Source: Gnetum montanum | Lineage: Eukaryota; Plantae; Gnetophyta | Assembly (NCBI GenBank): GCA_015680685.1 | Contig: MNCI01002597.1 | Location: 408,344-472,343, forward strand | Direction: 5' to 3' | Length of the DNA stretch: 64,000 nt | In this document: in pieces, positions 38,686 through 48,323 of the stretch | Layout: each line of letters opens with the position of its first letter | Position numbering within the stretch: the first letter of the stretch is position 1 | Position numbers and translations under genes: made by a program | The notes under the pieces: model-generated | The model's input: the letters and a program-made list of their open reading frames with translations, nothing else | Told to the model about the DNA's origin: nothing | Database searches by the model: none

Positions 38686-41600
38686 ATGGTGCGTAAGGGC
38701 AAACATAAGCATAGGAGACTTGCCAAGGTAGACGAGGTGAAGGAGACTCTAAGACACCTTTGCAAGGCATGCGTTGAGGTGCGGCAGGAGGCTCCATCTG
38801 CTCAGTAAGTCGCTACACTACCCTTGTTTCCATTATGTAATGCATTTAGGTGACGTATGGGGTTAGATTGTCATTGCTATCATTGTTCTCACTTTTGCAA
38901 CCATTGCCACTATTTTTGATGCTGCCTCGTTCATTACGTTGTGCTTGTCGCTACCTGGCCGCAACGGTCGTACGGGTGGTATGCTACAGTAGCATGCGGT
39001 ACTGCCCTAGCCACCATTGTTAAGAATGGTTACTACATTATCATAGGGGTTTGGGTAATTCTGGGCAACGTAGTGCACGCTCAACATAGTGTATCACTCT
39101 TAGAGGGGTTTATTTTCTTGCCACATTTTACGGCGTTATGACACATATTTGGCGTAGAGTAGCACGAGCTACTTCATGCTATAGGATTGGGACAATGAGG
39201 ACACTATGAACTCTTTTTTTTGTCCACATGGTTAGACTATAACATGGTTGTTGTTACGCTATGCTACTATGTTGTGAGGCCCTTAGGCTGTTATATTGGT
39301 AATCTGTCACATTGCTATGCTATCAAACTTATAATGCTACTACATCGTTAAATTTGCTATATTGCCAAATTTACTATGTTGCAATGCCTGTTATAGTAGT
39401 CTATTCATTACATTGTTGCATGTCTTCTTGCACTTGTTTATTTACTATGTTACATGTCATGCATTCGTCTTGCTACGCTATGCACAACGCAGTCGTCACC
39501 TTTATGTAGAAGTGTAATTGTTACATTGCATGGGGCTTGACTGCTACACTATGCTACAAGTGACACTTTGTTACGCTGCCTGCAATTTTTATCTCTGTTC
39601 TATAAAGGACTTATTGTTTCATGCTAAAAGAAAGTTTGTAATTGAAGGATTGCACTACACTAGATGTAAACAGAAGGTCATGCTACGCTACATCAGTAAT
39701 TATTACTTGAACACAATGCTAATGTTTGGTGTTTTGTTGTGCAAGGTTATGTTGAAGCCTGTCTTGATTATCCTTGAACTTGGAGGAGTCCTATGCTACC
39801 TCAGTGAACCTATGGCCAATGTCCCTCCTCTCCACATACGTGTAGGGCAGCAAGCGATCTAGTTCCAGGAGGGGGCATGGGACTTCCTACAGTTTCTCCT
39901 TCACCATTTTAGTGTGATTGTGTGGTCACACCTATTAACCAAAACAGCTACTGTACTTACAGAGACGTTGTTGCCTGGGGCAAACCGAGGCATCCTGAAG
40001 TTTTTGGCTAATGGATCAATCGGGGGCGAAGGGGCAGGAAGCTCCAACTAGCACTCAAGAGGCTTGAGGTGCTTAAGTTGGATCTGGGAGATGCCTAAGT
40101 ATAAATGCTATCATTTATACAACACACTATATGTTGCCTGTCACATGGGCACTTGCTTTCAGAACCCACCTAGAACTGTTTACTATGCCGACGGGTAAGT
40201 CCTATAAAGATATTTTAATGTGTTGTATGATTTGTGTTATGCTAGACAGAGATGCTTATAGTATTCTTGTATGTCACTAGGTTTTACATTGACAAAGGCA
40301 ATCTTCATGGTAATACAGATGCATTGGTGGTGGCCCAGACAGCTCTGCAGGAGTTCTCTTCCACCGAAAACATGCGTACCGGTGTCATAGAACAACTTAG
40401 GTTTGACTTCAGAACCTATCCAACCAGGTATTCCAAATATGGAAGATGTAAGGAAGTTGGCTAGTTGGATAGTGAATAGGCATCGTGCCGATCGATCACC
40501 ATTGAAAACGTTCTGGTGGAACTTCCACCATTTCCTATGTCATTCAAACCTGGTATGTTAGACTATGGATTTATTCATGTGTGTTGAAGTGATGATGTGC
40601 TTTCATTTTTGTTTTTGCTAACTCTTTTTTTTTTGTTGTTAACTATTGTACTAGCCAGGGAATCCCAAGAGGTCACTGTGATCACCTCTGGGCATGACAA
40701 TACCAACCTCTTCTTCAAGTATGAGGAGGTGGAAGAGACGCAGTGTTGGCTCTGCCATGGGGCCCCAGCCACCCTTGTTCCTAGGCTCATGGACTTATTC
40801 CTGGCTGTAAATCTGAATGTCCTAGCTACAGAAATGCTTTCCCTAGCCGATTCCTACACCGAGAAGGTTGACCACTTTCGCACACATGTTCATAATGTGC
40901 AGGTGGTATTTGAAATTAATGACCAACTATTTGCAAACCTTTTTAGTGTCCCTTCTAATGGTCTCCCTATAGGAGAAAAATATAAGAAAGATGCAAACCA
41001 TTAGGGGGACATTGAGGAATGGCTGGGGACTACTAAGGAGCAAAAGGGGATTTACATCCACAAGGTCAAGCTGGCAATGGCTGAAATGATTTACACTATC
41101 TTCCATACACATGCTTTCCACAAGCTACTTTCCTAAGGGAAATCCTTGGCATGGAGTAGGCTTGGATAATGAGGGAGGTCATGGANGCTTTCGCACACAT
41201 GTTCATAATGTGCAGGTGGTATTTGAAATTAATGACCAACTATTTGCAAACCTTTTTAGTGTCCCTTCTAATGGTCTCCCTATAGGAGAAAAATATAAGA
41301 AAGATGCAAACCATTAGGGGGACATTGAGGAATGGCTGGGGACTACTAAGGAGCAAAAGGGAATTTACATCCACAAGGTCAAGCTGGCGATGGCTGAAAT
41401 GATTTACACTATCTTCCATACACATGCTTTCCACAAGCTACTTTCCTAAGGGAAAATCCTTGGCATGGAGTAGGCTTGGATAATGAGGGAGGTCATGGAA
41501 GAAGGGACTCGTTACAACTGGGCTCGGTACCTTTCTGAAGGCTTACGTGCTAAAATAGTCAAGCTTCATGCATTACACCTTCTTTGTAGCTTGCCTGTGA

Positions 41601-43657
41601 CACTTTGTGGAATTTCTAGTAGTTCATGAGAATGGCGCCTAGGTATTGCAAGATCGTAACCAGATATTGAAGCCATGGATCTACCAGGTTTTCCGAACCA
41701 CCTGATCCCAAGACCCCCAAGAAGCTATCGAGGAATCTCTTTCAATAATGATGAGGGATCAGGTGGCATGCCCCTTTCATGGCTGGGACAGCATGGGAGA
41801 GGTGCCCCCCATCAACACAGGCAATGTGTTAAGGGAGGAATGCCTCATTACAGAGACTATAAAGACCAGGTTGCAACGTAAGAAGTTTCTTCCTACCGAA
41901 GAGACTCACTGCACAAATGAAGAAAGGGGGAAGAAGCTATGGATCAAAGTTCGTAGAGTGCAACCCTCAGTTGATAAGTATGCTAAACTAGTTTTGTTAG
42001 TGTAACACTTGTTACGCTGTGCTACACTATACAGTGTCACGTAGCGTAGCACCTGTTTCAAGTTGGAATATCCTACTAACTGCAATTATGCTTTATCAGA
42101 AGAAAGAGAAGAGGAAGAGGAAGAAATTTTGGCCCCTGGGGCAAGGGCGCCTACTAAAGACAAGGAAGAAAAGGCCCCAGTTGAGGAAGAAGGGGCCCCT
42201 ATCGATGACCTCTTTGCAGAATGTGCTTCGGTGCCTAAAGGGTGGATGAGTGTTGAGGATGCTACCACACTCCTGGGTCAGCTGGAAAGAGAGGAGCTAC
42301 AATTGGATGCTGGTGAGTTTGACCAAGTGCTTGATAGTTTCTCGATGGGCGATCCCCCTGCTATCACCCCTAAGGGTTTGTCGGGTAGGAGCTTTGCATT
42401 ATAGTGTCATTTTTCATCAGCTTTATTATTGTCCTCTCTACCATGGCTAACATGTTTTATCGTACAGTGGACACCATTGTTGATGCCCTTGACCCTTCAT
42501 CCTCAATTCATCTCCGACCCTCTACTGAGACCCCCGACAAGTTCTCCTTCATGGAGGGGATGCTCGATGATATGATCAATCACTTAAAGCAGATCGATCT
42601 CGAGATTAATATGCTACAATTGCTACGCTAGGCTCTTGCAGTTGTTACTTTTTTTTATGTGACTAACATTCTTCCATACATGGTAGCCTCCCGTCTGAAG
42701 TGGGATCCCTGGCAGGCCGTTGAGGTTGACGTTGTGCTCAAACTTCCACCAGAGGTGGCTGAGGTACCTCATCACATTTATGATGAAGCAAGTAAGTGTG
42801 CATTGTACTTAGCATGCTCCTTATGGGAGTGTAGGCACGTGAACAAAGACCTATGGAAAAGGGTATAGAAACTTGAGAAGGAGAATACCAACCTAACTGT
42901 GGAGGTGGAGGATCTCTGATCCAAGAATGAGTTTTTGTTGGCCTATGACACCTGCAATGGTATTTGGCATACAGCTGTGATTGACTATGCCAGATACTAG
43001 ATAGTCGTATAGAACAATAATGAGGCCAATCGTGAAATTATTGAATAGTGCATGCAAATGGACCTCCTAGCATAGAAGAACCAAGACTAGAAAGATTACA
43101 ACACAAAGGTTTACGAATGGGGATAGGCACAAAAGAACCATAAACATATGTATAAGATGGAAAGTGCCACATATCATAAATAGTACCAGGATGCTGTTGT
43201 TGAATCACATACCCTTAGGCTATTTCTTGACATGATTGGTGCTTCTGGTACTTATGAGAGATTCATGCAACAGGTGATGGTAAGTGAGTCTCTTGAAAGG
43301 GAGCTAACCCTACCTGTCATGGAGACCACCACCACCACCTTTTCCCTAGGACCACCCAAATGGACAGCCATGGAAAAGGGGAAGGTAGCAACAAGTGCTG
43401 ACCTAGGAGAGGAAAATTGGGGCAATCTCACTAAGGAGGAGATCTTGCAACATCTTGTGGCCGGCATGGATCTGATAGCCCCCAACATGGATGTGGGGCC
43501 ATATCAGGTTAGTCACCTTTTATCATGCTATGGTTTATTTTGTAAAAGCCTTGATTGTAGTTTGACTCACTATTTTATTTTCTACCTTATGCAAAATCTA
43601 AATGAAGATGCGAGACCTAGTGGAACAGGAGATGATGATGGAAACGAAGACCCATAG
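38686..43657 (+). pseudogene. Antisense, ~8-exon cargo gene of the Tat element: FCP1/NIF-like HAD domain + plant-transposon-type domain + acidic tract + coiled coil; now degenerate
   Basis: Inferred exons: 38686-38804, 39745-40194, 40281-40552, 40655-41977, 42062-42375, 42468-~42608, 42687-43507, 43595-43657. Donors GTAAGT (38805, 40195), GTATGT (40553), GTATGC (41978), GTTTGT (42376), GTTAGT (43508). Introns are T-rich and exon phases join ORF-track fragments in frame. AATAAA at ~43734 and ~43827. Confidence 0.8.
40875..41499. other. ~311-bp near-identical direct duplication around an N (probable assembly join)
   Basis: 40875-41185 is repeated at 41188-41499 with about 3 differences; N at 41186. 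Confidence 0.85.
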
Positions 43658-43835
43658 CATGGTGACACAAAATTTTATTTTTTGCTTTGAATTTGATTGA
43701 TTTGTAAACATTATTGATAATCATTGAATGAAGAATAAATGCAAAATAGTTTATTTTATTTCAGTTAACGTGTTTCATTTATTTTTTTTATTTTTATCAA
43801 TGTTTGATTTGTTATTGCTTTGGGGTAATAAAGTC

Positions 43836-44021
43836 ATCAGTTTTAGGCCTTGGTGGGCCACAATGAGTAGTTTAAGGCCATTCTGGGCCATGGCTAGTTT
43901 TAGCCCGTTTCAGGCCATCGCTAGTTTTAGGCCATTTTAGGCCTTTGCTAGTTTTAGGCCATTTCGAGCCTTATGTAAGGTGATAAGAGAAAAAATTTCT
44001 AGTTTTAGGCCTTAGCAAGCC
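43836..44021. repeat. Array 3 of the hairpin repeat (6 copies, GGCC-N6-GGCC variant), followed by gtaaacaatg repeats to ~44145
   Basis: gctagttttaGGCCattttaGGCC, between the converging 3' ends of gag-PR and the antisense gene. Confidence 0.85.
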
Positions 44022-44188
44022 GTTTAGTGATGCAAACAATGAACATAATGTAAACAATGTAAACGATGAGGGGGACGCTAACGTAAACAATGAATACAAA
44101 GCAAACAATGTAAACAATGAATGTTACATTGATGTAAACAATAATCATGGTGCAAGCAGTGGAGTAATTATGCTAACGCAAACGATGA

Positions 44189-47100
44189 TCATTCTTGCAA
44201 CTGCTTCCTACGCCATTGTGGGCTTGGCGATGCGTATGGATGGGAGGCTTTGTTATGATACTCCTCTATGTCATCGTCTACTACTTGAAAGGGTAGCTTA
44301 GCCCATGTTGCTTCTTCATTTGGGCTGGTTTTGACTTGTTCAGGCGTTTCAATTTGAATGGGGGTTTGGTTTTTAGAGATTTCGATCTCTAAACCTTATT
44401 CCATTCCTACATTATTTATGGCTTGGGGAGCCACTTCATTGTCATGAATTACCACTTCCCCTCTTGCATAGGGTAAGTGGATTTCCTAGTGTATTGGTGA
44501 GGAAATGATCCTAAACTAGGCCAACCACGACCTCCCAAGGATTAGGTTGAACCCAAGCATCTCCTCTACCACTATGAACACTACACTCGTGGGGAATTGG
44601 TCCCCTGCCACAAAGTTAATATGGATAGTTCCTTTTACTAGCACACGTGCCCCATTAAATGATTTTAAGTAAGAAGTTGTCATGGGCTTGATTTGATCAG
44701 CCAAGCCTAATTTGTCCACTATGGGAAAGGGGATGACATTAGTAGCGGCCCCGTCATCAACATGTACCCTTTGAATCTTGTACTAATCGAGCTGAATTGT
44801 GATGAACATAGGTGCCATTGTCACCTGACCCTTTTCAGGGTCATCCTTAATGGACTCATCGTGGAATATTAACTAAGTTGGTCATGGTTCCTCAGCTATA
44901 GGGGGAAGCATAATAGCGTGGATCGCCTTCTCCTCTGTCGGCATGTTTTCATCAACCGATATGGATGTTAACATGCGAACCATGGCCTCACAGTGCATAG
45001 TGGATGTCATTACCAAGTCATACAGGCTCAAAGTTGTGTTTTTTTGTTTTCAAACCTGTCTAACTTGGGTGAGGGCATTAAGGAGATCTCCCATCATCCT
45101 GTTTTTTGTTAGCTTTTTCCTCTTCCATTGGTCCTAGGAGACGAATCTCCCGAGGAGGGGCAGTTTCAGGTTGAGGGTTGTATTTTCTTAGGTGGGCTAG
45201 TGACGATTGTGTGCACATGGCATTATTAGTTGCTAATGAATAGGGGGCCATGGGCATCGAGGACAAGGGGATAGGGTTGGGGGGACCTAAGGTGGTACGT
45301 TCCCTAGCCATCTTGTCTGCCAAACACTCTTTCCATTTTTCGAACAAGGAGGCTGCGGTGCTGCTTTCATTGCCTAGCTTTGTATAGTAGAGAGGCTCTT
45401 GGTTGTTTTGGCACCTTAATAATGAATGGTGCCTGTGGTGTTGGTGTGGGTGGTGTGTGGATGTCTAAGGAGGGACATTGAGAACAAATGGTTATCGCGG
45501 TGTTGTTTTTGTCATTGTAGGGGTGCTGCATTTCAAGGAGGGACACGCACCACGAATGGTTGCTGTGGTGGTTCTATGTTGTTGTTAATGCCAACAATGT
45601 TGATTATGTACCCCACATTGTTGGCATTTAGGGGGTCCCTGTGAACATGCATTGACTAGTTTTCTAGGCGAACAGGACTACTTTCGTCTAGGACTAGCTT
45701 GCCCTAATCGATCATGTGTTGTATATCATCTTTCAATTCTAGATAGTAGTCCATATCATGGCCACACAATTGGTGATAGTCATAGAAACGTTCTAGCCTA
45801 AAGTTCTTAGGAATTGATGGCTCATTGAGGGTGGCCAGGGAGGGGTTCCTAAGAAGCTCACAATATTGTTGATGCCGTTTAATTACTTCCTCTAACATCT
45901 ATTTGTGCTATATATACCCAGCTCCCAATAGTTGCTTCAAAAGTTCTGAAGGCTTAACAGGTAAAGGGATGTATTTGGAGCAATCCTTATGCTCAAAGTT
46001 GGGCTTAGGTTGGGTTGATGCCTCAGGTGCTGATGTTGAAGGTTGACTAGAGCTACTTAAGCTAGATGTGGCATTAGTGGGTGCTGTGTCCACCTTTTTG
46101 TTGTTGATGTTATTCAGCTTGGTCTTGTTGGCCATAGCGACCACCGTGGCTGTTGTAGCTTTTCCATTATATTTTTCTTTCTAAAAGTGTGCATTTTTGT
46201 ACATGACATAGGCCAGGCCTTTACTATCTTCGGCCATGTCCTAGATGCTCTTGGTCTGAGTGAAGGCTTGACTGAGGGAGCATGGGCCTAAGTAGTAAAG
46301 CTTTGACTTGATAAAGTCGTTTACTACCCCCTTGAAGATGGCCAATAGGTGGACCTCAGTGATAGGCTCGCGTATTTCATTCAAGGTGGCACTCCATTGC
46401 TATATGAATCTTTGCACAGACTCCAGCAGGTCTTACTTGACACTCATCAGTTGGTCCAACGTGACCTCTGGTTTCAAGTTATACTTGAAACAGGTTATGA
46501 ATTGACTTAGCAACTCCTCCAAAGTTGAGATGGAGGTGTGTGAGAGCACACGGTACCAATCTAAAGCCTTGCCTATCAAGGACATGGCAAAGATGCAGAT
46601 GATAGTGTGTGGCCATTACTACAACAATAAAGATTCAGATCTAAATGTTACCAAATGTGCATTGGGATCACCCTGCCTGTTGTATTTCATAAATTGGGGG
46701 AGTGGCACCCCAAGGGGTAACGTAAGCATGGGAACAGCCGAGCTAATGGGATCGTCATGATAAAACTCCATGACCTGTACCATGTCAGAATCGGCAGCCT
46801 TGAGACATTTGATTTTCTCAGTGAGGATTTGGATAAGTTGAAAAGCTTGATCTAGACTCGATGACGTTGCAGATGGTTGTAGGGCTGCTTGAGCAGACAT
46901 CATATGCATCGATGGGGGTTGTGATGTAGGGACAGTGGCCTGGCCCATGGGGGATGCTGTTGGGGCCACTCTTGTGAATGGTGTTGCTTGGGCCATCCAC
47001 CATCTAGTGGGTGGTGCTGTTGGTGCGACGACTATTGGTGGGATTGTGGGGTTGATAGGTTGCCTAGTTGGTGGGGTGGCCCACAGCCCTACGCTAGGTT

Positions 47101-47977
47101 GTACTATGTGCAGAAGCTAGTGCACTTGGGGTTGCACATAGTATGATACCTAAGAGGGTTGTGCAATAGGTAAGGAGGTGGTTGGTGCCCACCATGCATT
47201 GGAGACTAGGTTGGCCACTAGTAGTGGGATAGGTGCAGACGAGGGACTAGAGGCAAAGCTCACATGCGATTGAGATGTGGGCAGAGTGTGGACGTATGGC
47301 AGCGTATCCATGACTAATGTTGGGTACGGTGCTGGGGTAGACTAAGAAAGAAAGGTGACTGGGAATGAAGTTGAAAGGCCTCCTTGTTGGTATGTAGAGG
47401 GTACGGGTGGCTACCCATGGCTAACATAGGTGTAGGTTGTGGTGGGGTTGTCGTAACCACGAAGGGGGTAGAAGTAAAGAGTAGGTTACACCGAAAGACA
47501 ATGGTAGGCAGGATGACTGTAGCGTAGGTTTGGCCACCACCCTCGGAGTGGGAGTCCAAGTCTTTCTATATGTCTTGGAATGCTTTTTTGTAATGAGACA
47601 CTATGTCCCATTCTCTAGACCTACTGACATGCATCAATTGGTCTAGGATCCATTGATATTGTTCAATCAATGGGATGATGACGTTAGGAGTAGGGATGAA
47701 CTCCCTCCTATTTCGGTGGAGGAACTTGAAGTTACATTTGTCTTCGAGTTCTTGATGGTCCAAGGGTGGATTCGCTTGGACTTTTGCATAGAGGAAGTCA
47801 TATAGCTCTACGTCTTGCGCCAAGCACTCTAGTGAAAGGTGTTGCAGTCTAAGGAATTAGCGTGGTGCTAGCATCAGGGTGAGCAACCGCTTAGGACCTA
47901 TTACATTTTGGACCAAGTAGGGAACCTCTAGATTCAAGGTGGTGGTGATAGTGGTTGTAGGAATCATTCTTTTTCAT
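44189..47977 (-). pseudogene. gag: Degenerate gag-protease of the Tat element, ending in its own stop codon
   Basis: LPLGVPLPQFMKYNRQGDPNAHLVTF (gag); YDYHQLCGHDMDYYLELKDDIQHMID (Tat-type knuckle); RVHVDDGAATNVIP...LKSFNG...FNLILGRSWL (protease); frame closes at ...WRRKQLQE* (44189). Start approximate. Confidence 0.88.
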
Positions 47978-48301
47978 AAGGTAAAAACTATAAAAGAGAG
48001 AAAAAACGCAATTGGATGCACTAGGGAGACACCTGTTACGCTAAGCAAGAGTGCTATGCTAGGCGGTTTACTACGTCACACGAGATGCAGGTAGCGTGGG
48101 ATAGTAAACAGAGTGAACACTGTAAAGTGAGCAATCGGTTGGAGGCTTTAGTCCTACTGGGTCCCAAAGGAACCGTCGTTGTGACCAGTCTGCACCACAC
48201 GGTGCATAGACAACCACAAGGGTGTCACATCTACACTAGTAGATGACGGGGTATAGACAATGTGCAGGATTACCCATGATACACAGAAAGAGTACAAAGG
48301 G

Positions 48302-48318
48302 CCCTCCTTCTAGCGCCA
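48302..48318 (-). other. PBS complementary to plant tRNA-Asn(GUU)
   Basis: Minus strand reads TGGCGCTAGAAGGAGGG, 5 nt inside the 5' LTR end; matches the recalled plant tRNA-Asn 3' end ...CCCUCCUUCUAGCGCCA. Confidence 0.8.
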
Positions 48319-48323
48319 AAAAC

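Noticed and set aside
40597-40654. Signal-peptide-like hydrophobic N-terminus of ORF 40597-41004
   Set aside because: It is the translation of the T-rich 3' end of intron 3; the exon starts at 40655.
40875-41499. Apparent tandem exon/domain duplication in the cargo gene
   Set aside because: The copies are nearly identical in an otherwise decayed element and meet at an N; most likely an unmerged contig overlap.
38686-43657. Resident host gene
   Set aside because: It lies wholly inside a TSD-bounded LTR element, shares that element's gcgtagc motifs and decay level, and is bracketed by the element's own repeat arrays.
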